From the NCBI GenBank assembly GCA_035623975.1, contig DASPSK010000270.1, positions 1 to 37,513 of the forward strand: a stretch of 37,513 nucleotides of DNA, in the 5' to 3' direction. This document shows, piece by piece, positions 14,592-23,397 of the stretch; the first letter of the stretch is position 1; every line of letters begins with the position of its first letter. The notes under the pieces were generated by a model, which saw nothing but the letters and a program-made list of their open reading frames with translations, ran no database searches and was not told where the DNA came from. A program made the position numbers and the translations under genes. Source of the DNA: Acidimicrobiales bacterium. GTDB lineage: Bacteria > Actinomycetota > Acidimicrobiia > Acidimicrobiales > Bog-793.

Positions 14592-16705
14592 GCGCCGGGG
14601 GCGCTGGCGGGCATGGCGCCGGCCGCTAGCGCAGCGCCCCGCAGCTTGTGCTTCTTTCGCCGCTTCGTGAGGATCGACCGCATCCACCAGATCACGAGGA
14701 AGGCGGCTGCACCGATGGACAGGGCGACGGCGACGGCGGAGATCGCCGTCGAGCGGATGGTCATGTAGCCGCTCTGGATGACGAACCCCGTCCGCGTCGC
14801 GAGCGTCAAGCGGAGGGGGAAGTCGCCCGAGGTCCGTGCCGTCAGGTGGACGGTGAAGATGTTCGTCAGCGGGGAGATCTTCACGAGCCAGCTGTGTCCG
14901 TCCTGGAAGCCGAGCTCCGGGCTCTCCACACTGAATTCGGCCAGGAAGGGGGCGCTGGCGTGGGAGACGATGGAGATGGGAACGGCCGCCCTCACGGAGG
15001 TCACGGTGATCGTCCGGCCGAGCGGAAGGGTGACGAGACCGGAGAGGGCGTTCGCCTGCGCGTCGATGGTCTGCAGGCAGGCGAGACGTTCAGCCGGCGA
15101 ATCCTCGGAGCCCTCTGCCATGAGCACGAGATCGCTCAGGGGCACTTTGCCATGAGGCTGCAGTGAGCTCGGTTGCACGGAGCCGAGCGCTGCGAGGTCC
15201 ACCTGGGCGGTGGCGATGGCCGCGGCGGGCACGAGAGCGGTCGGCGCCCCGCCGAGCGCCAGCGCGCGCTTCGTGGGCGACGTGGCGCTCGAGCCGGGTG
15301 AGACGGCGTCGAAGGCCTCGGACAGCGTGACGGCGTGAACGATCGAGCTCTCCGAGAGACCCGCCAGCATCGTCCGCAGGAAGACCGGGTTCATGTAGGC
15401 CCCGAGGGGGGACTCGACGGCCATGACCTGTTCGGTGCCCGGGTTGTCGAAGTACTGCACGGAGAGATCCGCCAGCATCTGCTCGGCCTTCAGGGCAGGG
15501 CTGGCCGTGCTGGCAAGGTCCGTCTCGAGGCCCGGGTCGGAAGCAACGGCCTCCACGGCCGAGCCGGGCACGAGGAAGGGGGCGGTCGGGGTCCACTGCG
15601 AGAAGGGACCCGTAAGCGGCGCCACCGCCGTGCTCGGCAGGACGAGGCGCGTGATGCCGATTCCCGGCTGCCCGAGGAGGCCCAGGGAAGTCTGGTCGAT
15701 CGGACCGTTGGCGGCGTACTCGTTCGCCGCGAAGGCGAAGTTGTTCACCTGCAGCACCTGGCGGGCACGCTCCAACTGAGCCGAGAGGGCCGAGGAGAGG
15801 CCGGAGGCGACGAGGTCGTCGGCATCGACCGGCACGAAGGAGGCGGGAAGGATGACGGCCTGCCCGCCGGGCGCGGTGAGAGCGCGTAGCCCGAACAGCG
15901 CCGTGCGGGCCGTCGCATTCGAGCTGTCCTCGAGGGATTCGACGAACTGAGGAAAGAGGTCGAGGGAGACCGAGGCGTTCGGCGCCGCCTGGAGCGCCAC
16001 ACCGAGCGCCTGCAGCTCGGCGACGTCTGATGGGTCCGGCACGGGCACGCCCGCCGGGGAGATCGCCGGTGACGAGCCGAAAGGCATCACCCAGGCGAAC
16101 TGGAGCGGGCGCGTGCCCGACACCTCCCGCGGCGGCGCCACGATCAGATAGGTCGTGAAGCTGGCTACCGGACCCACACCGTCTTCCAGCAGTGAGACCT
16201 GCAGCGGGTAGACACCCCCGCAGGCTGTGCAGTTGAAGATCGAGAGCGTCACCCCCCCGGTTCCGGTACCGAGGTCGCCAGGGAGGTCGGGCGCCCACAC
16301 GGGCAGATGGAGCATCACCTCTTGGCCGGGCGCCCACGCGAGCTTCTTCAGGTCGAGAGGGATGATCCCGGGGTTGCCGAGCGGCGTGAGGAGGCTCGGG
16401 AGGGACCCCTGCAAGGTCTGTCGGAGGGTGTAGCGGGCCACCACGGCTGAGTAGAGGGTGACCTCGAGCGAGAGGCGAGAGGCCGGCAGGGCCGAGCTCA
16501 CGTCGATGCCGAGATTCACCCCGCTCTGGCGGGCAACGAACGCCGGCGACTGCGATTCAAGGGTGAGAGCCGCCGCCGCCGGGGCCGCCCGGGCGGGCGA
16601 GGACGCGGGAATGGCCACACCGAGCCCGGTGCCGAGCACGGCCAGTACGGCGAGACCAAGGGCTTCGGCGCGTCGAGAAAAAACGTGCAAGTGGGGCCCG
16701 CGCAC
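14588..16705 (-). CDS. large exported/anchored conserved actinobacterial protein (Rv3909/DUF6049-like by position and layout)
   Basis: N-terminal signal-like LGLAVLAVLGTGLGVAIPASSPARA, a long extracytoplasmic region, then a C-terminal TM AVAVALSIGAAAFLVIWWM followed by the basic tail KRRKKHK. It lies directly upstream of murJ as in mycobacteria. The family assignment is from memory of synteny, not from a search. Confidence 0.65.
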   Translation of the reverse strand: MRGPHLHVFSRRAEALGLAVLAVLGTGLGVAIPASSPARAAPAAAALTLESQSPAFVARQSGVNLGIDVSSALPASRLSLEVTLYSAVVARYTLRQTLQGSLPSLLTPLGNPGIIPLDLKKLAWAPGQEVMLHLPVWAPDLPGDLGTGTGGVTLSIFNCTACGGVYPLQVSLLEDGVGPVASFTTYLIVAPPREVSGTRPLQFAWVMPFGSSPAISPAGVPVPDPSDVAELQALGVALQAAPNASVSLDLFPQFVESLEDSSNATARTALFGLRALTAPGGQAVILPASFVPVDADDLVASGLSSALSAQLERARQVLQVNNFAFAANEYAANGPIDQTSLGLLGQPGIGITRLVLPSTAVAPLTGPFSQWTPTAPFLVPGSAVEAVASDPGLETDLASTASPALKAEQMLADLSVQYFDNPGTEQVMAVESPLGAYMNPVFLRTMLAGLSESSIVHAVTLSEAFDAVSPGSSATSPTKRALALGGAPTALVPAAAIATAQVDLAALGSVQPSSLQPHGKVPLSDLVLMAEGSEDSPAERLACLQTIDAQANALSGLVTLPLGRTITVTSVRAAVPISIVSHASAPFLAEFSVESPELGFQDGHSWLVKISPLTNIFTVHLTARTSGDFPLRLTLATRTGFVIQSGYMTIRSTAISAVAVALSIGAAAFLVIWWMRSILTKRRKKHKLRGAALAAGAMPASAPGA

Positions 16706-16762
16706 GACGACTCAGCGTACTGGCCGGCGGCCGGTGGCTCCCGGCGCGGTACCGTCGTGGCG

Positions 16763-17788
16763 ATGACCGTGTTGCTCGGCCGGCACGACGCCTTTGCCCG
16801 TCACGACACCGGCCGGCACCATCCGGAACGGGCCGACCGCCTGGCGGCCGTGAACAAGGGGATCGCCGCCTCGGGTGTAGCAGAGGCCATTGTCGACTTC
16901 GAGCCCCGCCCGGCGAAGCGCGAAGAGCTCACCCGCGTGCACGAGGCGGCTTACGTCGACGCCCTCGGGGACTTCTGCGCCGAAGGCGGCGGCATGATCG
17001 ACCCCGACACGAGCGCCTCGAGCGCGTCCTACGAGGCAGCCCTGCGGGCGGCGGGGGCGGGGCCTGACGCCGTCAGCCGTCTCCAGAGCGGTGAGGCGGA
17101 GGCTGCCTTCCTGGCGGTGAGGCCGCCGGGTCATCATGCGCTCGGCGCGAGGGCGATGGGTTTCTGCTTGTTCAACAACGTTGCCGTGGCGGCGGCTTGC
17201 CTGGCGGCGGCGGGCGAGCGCGTCCTCATCGTCGATTACGACGCCCATCACGGCAACGGAACCCAGGACATCTTCTACGACCAGGCAGAGGTCTGTTACA
17301 TCTCGCTGCACCAGTACCCGTTCTACCCGGGCACGGGCGCCTTGGCGGAGACGGGACGCGGAGAGGGACAGGGCACTACCGTCAATCTGCCCATGCCCGA
17401 AGGTACCGGAGGAGACGCCTACCGGGCGGCCTTCGACACGGTCATCGAGCCGGTGGCCGAGCGGTTCGCCCCCACCTGGGTCCTCATCTCCGCCGGCTTC
17501 GACGGGCATCGGGACGATCCGCTCACCGACCTCAGCCTGTCGGCGGGCGATTTCTCGGATCTGACGTGGCGATCGCTGCGGCTGGCCCCCCCCGGGCGGC
17601 GGATCGCCTTTCTCGAAGGCGGCTATGACCTCGACGCCTTGGCGTCCTGCAGCGCCGCCTGCATCGCCGCCCTCGCCGGCGAGACGCTCCGGCCCGAGCC
17701 CACCTCCGGGGCCGGGCCGGCGGGAGCGCACGCCCTCGAGATCGTCGCCGCCGCTCGCCGGCTCCATCTCGACGACGCGTCCAGGTGA
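16763..17788 (+). CDS. histone deacetylase-family (AcuC/class II HDAC-like) zinc deacetylase
   Basis: RPPGHHA, DYDAHHGNGTQDIFY, SAGFDGHRDDPL and FLEGGY are the complete HDAC catalytic and zinc signature. ATG 16763 chosen. The stop overlaps the cca GTG (GTGA). Confidence 0.85.
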   Translation: MTVLLGRHDAFARHDTGRHHPERADRLAAVNKGIAASGVAEAIVDFEPRPAKREELTRVHEAAYVDALGDFCAEGGGMIDPDTSASSASYEAALRAAGAGPDAVSRLQSGEAEAAFLAVRPPGHHALGARAMGFCLFNNVAVAAACLAAAGERVLIVDYDAHHGNGTQDIFYDQAEVCYISLHQYPFYPGTGALAETGRGEGQGTTVNLPMPEGTGGDAYRAAFDTVIEPVAERFAPTWVLISAGFDGHRDDPLTDLSLSAGDFSDLTWRSLRLAPPGRRIAFLEGGYDLDALASCSAACIAALAGETLRPEPTSGAGPAGAHALEIVAAARRLHLDDASR

Positions 17789-19209
17789 CGCCGTCGCGGC
17801 AGCTACCCTCGCCCATCGTGGTCCCCGAGCGCCTCCGGCCAGTGCTCGAGGCGACAGCGCCCCTGGCCGAACGGTTCACCGCCGCCGGCAAGAGGATCTA
17901 TCTCGTCGGCGGGACGGTGCGGGACGCCATCGCCGGACGCCCGGGGGGCGTTGCCGGCGATGACTCCGTCGACATCGACCTCACGACGGACGCCCTGCCC
18001 GATGAGATCGAGGAGATCGTCGCCGACCTAGCCGAGACGACCTGGACGCAGGGCAAGCGGTTCGGCACGATCGGCCTGCTCTTCGGCGGCCGGCGCTTCG
18101 AGGTCACGACCCACCGGGCCGAGGCCTACGACCCCGACTCGAGGCAGCCGGAGGTCAGCTTCGGCGACGACATCCTCATCGACCTGTCGCGGCGCGACTT
18201 CACCGTCAACGCCATGGCGCTCAGCCTGCCGGATCTGGAGCTGTTCGATCCCTACTCGGGCCTGGCCGATCTCGCCGCCAAGCGGTTGCGCACGCCGCTC
18301 GACCCCGAGACCTCCTTCAGTGACGACCCGTTGCGGATGCTCCGGGCCGCCCGGTTTCTCGCCGGCTACGAGCTCGAGCCGGAGGCCGCTCTTGTATCGG
18401 CCGTGGCGGCCATGAGCGAGCGGCTCGGCATCGTCTCGGCCGAGCGCATCCGGGACGAGCTCGACAAGCTGATCACCCTGCCGGCGCCGGCCGCCGGGCT
18501 GTGGTTCATCGTGTCGACGGGGCTAGCGGCTCAGTTCCTCCCGGAGCTGCCGGCACTCGCCTTGGAGCAGGATCCCGTCCATCGCCACAAGGACGTGCTC
18601 GCCCACACGATCGCCGTCGTGTCGAAGACACGCCCGGACAAGGTGCTGCGGCTCGCCGCCCTCTTCCACGACGTCGGCAAGCCGAGGACGCGCACCGTCG
18701 GCCCGGACGGGGTGTCGTTCCACCATCACGACGTCGTCGGTGCCCGCATGGCGCGCGAGCGCATGAAGGCGCTGCGGTACCCGTCCGAGGAGATGGAGGC
18801 CGTCTCGCGTCTCGTGGAGCTGCACTTGCGCTTCCACACCTACCAGATGGGCTGGACCGACAGCGCCGTGCGGCGTTACGCCCGCGATGCCGGCCCCTTG
18901 CTGGAGAAGCTGAATGAGCTCACGCGAGCGGACTGCACGACACGCAACGCCGCGCGGGCACAGGCCCTCGCCCAGCGCATGGACGAGCTGGAGCGACGCC
19001 TCGCCGAGATCCGGGCGAAGGAGGAGCTCGATGCCCTGCGCCCGGAGCTCGACGGCGTCGAGGTCATGGCCGTGCTCGGCATCCCTCCCGGGCGCCTCGT
19101 CGGCGAGGCCCTCGCCTTCTTGCTGGAAATCCGCCTCGAGGAGGGCGTCATCGGCAAGGATGAAGGGAGGCGCCGGCTCCTGGCGTGGTGGCAGGATCGC
19201 CGCCCGTAG
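17785..19209 (+). CDS. cca: CCA-adding tRNA nucleotidyltransferase with C-terminal HD domain (PcnA-like)
   Basis: IYLVGGTVRDAIAG...DIDLTT...RRDFTVNAMAL...DPLRMLRAARF and HD region HRHKDVLAHT...LFHDVGKP. Confidence 0.85.
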   Translation: MTPSRQLPSPIVVPERLRPVLEATAPLAERFTAAGKRIYLVGGTVRDAIAGRPGGVAGDDSVDIDLTTDALPDEIEEIVADLAETTWTQGKRFGTIGLLFGGRRFEVTTHRAEAYDPDSRQPEVSFGDDILIDLSRRDFTVNAMALSLPDLELFDPYSGLADLAAKRLRTPLDPETSFSDDPLRMLRAARFLAGYELEPEAALVSAVAAMSERLGIVSAERIRDELDKLITLPAPAAGLWFIVSTGLAAQFLPELPALALEQDPVHRHKDVLAHTIAVVSKTRPDKVLRLAALFHDVGKPRTRTVGPDGVSFHHHDVVGARMARERMKALRYPSEEMEAVSRLVELHLRFHTYQMGWTDSAVRRYARDAGPLLEKLNELTRADCTTRNAARAQALAQRMDELERRLAEIRAKEELDALRPELDGVEVMAVLGIPPGRLVGEALAFLLEIRLEEGVIGKDEGRRRLLAWWQDRRP

Positions 19210-19318
19210 CACCGATGGATGCTCGCGAGCGCGGAAAACCCCCGCTTCAGGGCGGCGGCTGAGTAGTCTCGCAAACGGTCTCGTGGCCGAGGCGTACCCA
19301 CCGGGAGGACGGGCTTCG

Positions 19319-21415
19319 ATGGTCGCACCGATGGCAGGGGGCGGTCCCACCGATCGCGTCCGCGTCGAAGCGCTCGTGGAGCATGCCCTTGACGCCATCA
19401 TCGTCACGGACGCCTTCGGCGTCGTCAGCTACGCCTCCCCGGCTGTGCGTGCCGCCCTCGGCTGTGAGCCGGGCGCCCTCGTGGGCCGCCCGCGCGAGGA
19501 GGTCTTCCCGACGGTGGACCTCGACGACGCTGAGGCCTCGATGCAGCAGCTGTACGAGACACCCGGGGCGATGATGAGCGTCAGCTTCCACGGGCGTCAC
19601 GTCGACGGCTCGCTCCGGGCGTTCCGGGGCGTCGCCCGCAACCTGCTGCACGTCCCGGCCATCGCCGGCATCGTCATCAACGCCACGGACGTGACCCAGC
19701 AGCTAAGGGCGGAACACGCCCTGCGGGAGATGTCGGTCGCCATCGAGTCGTCCGCCGACGCCATCTTCGGGACGACCCTGGAGGGCGCCATCACGAGCTG
19801 GAACGGGGCGGCGGCCCAGCTGAGCGGCTACGCCCCCCACGAAGTCATCGGCGCCCCTCTGTCCGTCCTCTTCCCCGCGGAGCGGGGGAGCGAGCCCGCC
19901 GCCATCCTCGAACGGGTTCGCGAAGGCGAGATGGTGCGCGAGCACCAGACGCTCTGGCGGCGCCGCGACGGGTCGCGGGTCCACGTGTTGTGCACGGCTT
20001 CACCGGTGCGCGACGAGCGTGGAGTCGTGAGCGGGACGTCGATGATCGTGCAGGACGCGACGGAGCGCCGCCGGGCGGCCGAGGCGCTGCGACATGCCAC
20101 CCTGCACGATCCGCTCACGCGCTTGCCGAACCGGGACTTGCTGATGGACCGGCTCCGCACGGCGCTGGCACAGTCGCAACGGCGGGGCAAGCGGGTGGCG
20201 GTGCTCATCGTCGACCTCGACAGCTTCAAGGACGTGAACGACTCGCTCGGCCACGCCACCGGGGACCTCGTGCTCGCCGAGATGGCGGGTCGGCTCGCAG
20301 GGGCGGTTCGTGTCGGCGACACCGTCGCCCGTTTCGGGGGCGACGAGCTCGTCATCGTGCGGGAGACGGCCGACGAGGAAGAGACGAGCCGCTTCGCCGC
20401 CCGCCTGCTCGACTGCATGACCGAGCCCATGGAGCTGGACAACGGCTCGGAGCTCTTCATCTCCGCCTGCATCGGCGCCGCCATCGCCCGCCCCGGCATC
20501 ACGGCGGAGGACCTCGTCGGGGAGGCCGATGCTGCCCTTTATCGCGCCAAGGACAGGGGTCGTTCGGCCATCGAGTTCTTCGACGAGGATCTGCGCTCGC
20601 GCGCCCGCTCGCGCGTCGACCTCGGCGCCGCCCTTCGCCGGGCCCTTGAGCGGGGAGAGCTCTTCCTCGTGCACCAGCCCGTCGTCACGCTCGGCAACGT
20701 CACCCTACGGGGCTCGGAGGCGCTCATCCGTTGGGCGCACCCCGATCGCGGCGTCATCTCCCCGATCGACTTCATCCCCTTGGCAGAAGAAACCGGCCTC
20801 ATCGTGCCCGTGGGGGAATGGGTGCTCTCCGAGGCTCTCCGTCAGATCTCCCGCTGGCGCCGGCGCTTCCCCCTCTCGGGCGACTACGCCGTCAGCGTCA
20901 ACCTCTCGGCCCGGCAGCTCGCCTCGCCGGATCTCGTGGCCGCGGTCGCCGCCGCCCTCGCCTCCTCGGCCGTGCCTGCCAGCTCGGTCTACCTGGAGAT
21001 CACCGAGACGACTTTGCTGTCACAGGTCGCTTCGAACCTCGACACTCTCCGCCTGCTGCGCGACCTCGGAGTCCACCTCACCGTTGACGACTTCGGCACC
21101 GGCTACTCGTCTCTCAGCTACCTGCGCCAGCTGCCGATCGACTCGCTCAAGATCGACCGCTCCTTCATCGACGGGCTCGGCGTGGATTCCCACGACACCG
21201 CCATCGTCGAAGCCGTCATCGGGCTGGCGAAGGTGCTCGAGCTGGACGTCGTCGCCGAGGGCGTGGAGACGAGGGGACAGCTGCAGCTGTTGAGGGAGAT
21301 GGGCTGCCGGACGGGGCAGGGTTTCTTGTTCTCCGAGCCACTCGACACAAGGGACATGGAGCTCTTCCTCACGGCCGCCTCCGCCTCGGCCGGCCGGGTG
21401 ACGACGGTTCGCTAG
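19319..21415 (+). CDS. PAS-PAS-GGDEF-EAL signalling protein (c-di-GMP turnover)
   Basis: Two PAS-like segments (HALDAIIVTDAFGVV..; SADAIFGTTLEGAITSWN). The GGDEF domain has the I-site RVGD (20309-20320) and a variant active site GGDEL (20336-20350). The EAL domain has EALIRW, EETGLI, NLSARQL, EITE, DDFGTGYSS, KIDRSF, EGVET and QGFLFS. ATG 19319 is preceded by GGGAGGA. The track start 18914 overlaps cca and is rejected. Confidence 0.85.
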   Translation: MVAPMAGGGPTDRVRVEALVEHALDAIIVTDAFGVVSYASPAVRAALGCEPGALVGRPREEVFPTVDLDDAEASMQQLYETPGAMMSVSFHGRHVDGSLRAFRGVARNLLHVPAIAGIVINATDVTQQLRAEHALREMSVAIESSADAIFGTTLEGAITSWNGAAAQLSGYAPHEVIGAPLSVLFPAERGSEPAAILERVREGEMVREHQTLWRRRDGSRVHVLCTASPVRDERGVVSGTSMIVQDATERRRAAEALRHATLHDPLTRLPNRDLLMDRLRTALAQSQRRGKRVAVLIVDLDSFKDVNDSLGHATGDLVLAEMAGRLAGAVRVGDTVARFGGDELVIVRETADEEETSRFAARLLDCMTEPMELDNGSELFISACIGAAIARPGITAEDLVGEADAALYRAKDRGRSAIEFFDEDLRSRARSRVDLGAALRRALERGELFLVHQPVVTLGNVTLRGSEALIRWAHPDRGVISPIDFIPLAEETGLIVPVGEWVLSEALRQISRWRRRFPLSGDYAVSVNLSARQLASPDLVAAVAAALASSAVPASSVYLEITETTLLSQVASNLDTLRLLRDLGVHLTVDDFGTGYSSLSYLRQLPIDSLKIDRSFIDGLGVDSHDTAIVEAVIGLAKVLELDVVAEGVETRGQLQLLREMGCRTGQGFLFSEPLDTRDMELFLTAASASAGRVTTVR

Positions 21416-21436
21416 CCCTCGCCCTCGCCCGCCTTC

Positions 21437-22513
21437 TCAGTCGCCGCGGGCGAACTCCTCCACGAGCCGGTGCGCCTGCTCGTCGCGGAACTGAACCGGC
21501 GGGGACTTCATGAAGTAGGCGGAGGGACCCACGAGGGGCCCACCGATGCCGCGGTCGAGGCCGATGCGGGCGCAGCGGATGGCGTCGATGATGACGCCGG
21601 CCGAGTTGGGCGAGTCCCAGACCTCGAGCTTCAGCTCCAAGTTGAGGGGGACGTCCCCGAAGTTGCGCCCCTCCATGCGGATGTAGGCCCACTTGCGGTC
21701 CTCCAGCCACGGCACGTGGTCGGACGGCCCGATGTGGATGTCGTCCTCGGCGAGGGCCCGCTCCAGCTGACTCGTGACGGCCTGGGTTTTCGAGATCTTC
21801 TTCGACTCGAGCCGCTCGCGCTCCAGCATGTTGCGGAAGTCCATGTTGCCCCCGACGTTCAGCTGGTAGGTGCGGTCGAGCACCATCCCGCGGTCCTCGA
21901 ACAACCGTGTGAGCACCCGGTGCACGATGGTCGATCCCACCTGGCTCTTGATGTCGTCGCCGATGATGGGCAGGCCGGCGTCCTCAAAGCGCTTGGCCCA
22001 CTGCGGGTTGCTGGCGATGAAGACCGGGATGGCGTTGACAAAGGCGACACCGGCCTCGAGGGCGGCCGTGGCGTAGTGCTTCTGGGCCGCCTCGGAACCG
22101 ACGGGCAGGTAGGCGACGAGGACCTCGGCGCCGCTCGTGCGCAGGACCTCGGCGACCTCGACGGGGGCGGCGGGCGACTCCTCGACGACTTGGCGGTAGT
22201 AGCGACCGAGACCGTCAAAGGTAGGTCCGCGCTCGACGCTGACACCGAGGGTGGGGACGTCGGCGAAACGGATCGTGTTGTTCCGGCCGGCCCAGATCGC
22301 CTTCGAGAGGTCGAGCCCGACCTTCTCGGCATCGACGTCGAAGGCCGCCACGACTTCGGTGTCGCCGACGTGGTAACCGCCGAGCACGACGTGCATGAGA
22401 CCGGGCACGGCCTCGGAGGGATCGGCGTTCCGGTAGTACTCGATCCCCTGCAAGAGCGCGCTGGCGCAGTTGCCGACGCCTGCGATGGCCACCTTGATCG
22501 ACTTGCTGGTCAT
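21437..22513 (-). CDS. ino1: myo-inositol-1-phosphate synthase
   Basis: [22 protein letters not shown]...[22 protein letters not shown]...[16 protein letters not shown]...[10 protein letters not shown]. It is paired with an upstream padR as in mycobacteria (Rv0046c/Rv0047c). Confidence 0.9.
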   Translation of the reverse strand: MTSKSIKVAIAGVGNCASALLQGIEYYRNADPSEAVPGLMHVVLGGYHVGDTEVVAAFDVDAEKVGLDLSKAIWAGRNNTIRFADVPTLGVSVERGPTFDGLGRYYRQVVEESPAAPVEVAEVLRTSGAEVLVAYLPVGSEAAQKHYATAALEAGVAFVNAIPVFIASNPQWAKRFEDAGLPIIGDDIKSQVGSTIVHRVLTRLFEDRGMVLDRTYQLNVGGNMDFRNMLERERLESKKISKTQAVTSQLERALAEDDIHIGPSDHVPWLEDRKWAYIRMEGRNFGDVPLNLELKLEVWDSPNSAGVIIDAIRCARIGLDRGIGGPLVGPSAYFMKSPPVQFRDEQAHRLVEEFARGD

Positions 22514-22590
22514 TCGTCGTTCCTTTGATGTGTGAGGGTTTGGAGCGTTGCTTCAGCTTCGGCTGCGGGTCGGGTCAGTGAGGAGAGCGG

Positions 22591-23277
22591 TCATGACACT
22601 TCCGCCGCCGGTTCCTTCTCAGGTGGGCCGCCGCTCTCGGACCGGGCGGACCATTCGGCGGCGATGAGGCCTTCGATCCAGCCGAGCTCGAATTGGACGG
22701 CGGCCGTCGAGTGCTCGACCAGGGAGCGCTCGAAGCGATCGAGCGGTCGCGGGGGGGCGTCGGCGGCCCTGCGGGCACTCAAGAGGCGGTCCTCCAGCTG
22801 GCGCTTGCGCCGTTCGAGCAACCGCATACGGGTGTCTGGCGAGAGATGCCTGGCGAAAGCCCAACGGAGGGCGAAAGTCTTGCCGTCCTTGTCGTCGGCT
22901 CGGTCGTCACGGAGGAGCCGCTCGAAGAGCTCCTCGCCACTCGGTGTGAGCTCGTAGACCTTGCGCGTTCTCGAGCTCGTCGAGGTACGAGCGGCTCGCC
23001 CGCTCGCCGGGTTGCTGCGCGCGGCCAACCGGGCAAGAAACGCCGCCCGCTCTCCCGCCAGCGATCCTGTGAACGCAACCACCTCGGCCGCGGGAGCCGC
23101 CGGCTCGGGCGCGACCTCCCTCACCGCTCCGTCCTGCTCCAAGCGGGCGAGCGCCGGATAGAGGGATCCGAAGGAGAGGCTCGAAAGGAGGCCAAAGTCA
23201 CTTCGAAGCCGTTTGCGCAGGTCATAGCCGTGCATCGGCTGCCTCTTCAACAGACCGAGGATCGCCATCTCCAGCAC
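22591..23277 (-). CDS. PadR family transcriptional regulator
   Basis: MAILGLLKRQPMHGYDLRKRLRSDFGLLSSLSFGSLYPALARLEQDGAVRE...RKVYELTPSGEELF is a winged helix. The start is GTG 23277 (fits a leaderless promoter) or ATG 23268. The track ORF up to 23991 is an over-extension. Confidence 0.8.
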   Translation of the reverse strand: MLEMAILGLLKRQPMHGYDLRKRLRSDFGLLSSLSFGSLYPALARLEQDGAVREVAPEPAAPAAEVVAFTGSLAGERAAFLARLAARSNPASGRAARTSTSSRTRKVYELTPSGEELFERLLRDDRADDKDGKTFALRWAFARHLSPDTRMRLLERRKRQLEDRLLSARRAADAPPRPLDRFERSLVEHSTAAVQFELGWIEGLIAAEWSARSESGGPPEKEPAAEVS

Positions 23278-23283
23278 GCTTTC

Positions 23284-23320
23284 ACAATAGCATTTTCGAC
23301 ATATCGTGTCGATATGTCGA
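23284..23320 (-). promoter_or_regulatory. padR promoter (leaderless type) overlapped by a 25-bp AT-rich palindrome, the probable PadR operator
   Basis: Minus strand: -35 TCGACA (23312-23307), 17-nt spacer, -10 TATTGT (23289-23284), then 6 nt to GTG 23277. The palindrome TCGACATATCG-TGT-CGATATGTCGA at 23296-23320 has perfect 11-bp arms and covers the -35 and spacer. Confidence 0.5.
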
Positions 23321-23397
23321 GTAGCGCATAGAGCACTGGACTGCGCGGAGCGCGTCACCGTCCCCCTCTGCTCTCGCCCTCTACGCTGGTTGGCGAC

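Noticed and set aside
21470-22528. 352-aa plus-strand ORF over ino1; likewise 28522..29649(-) over dnaB, 16712..17767(-) over the HDAC gene, 35512..36642(+) over the exonuclease, 623..1624(+) over dnaA, 7278..8102(-) over parA, 30775..31887(+) over ku, 33088..34005(+) over the aminotransferase, 18523..19407(-) over cca
   Set aside because: All are antisense or alternate-frame shadows of genes with strong family signatures, which is the expected behaviour of GC-rich sequence.
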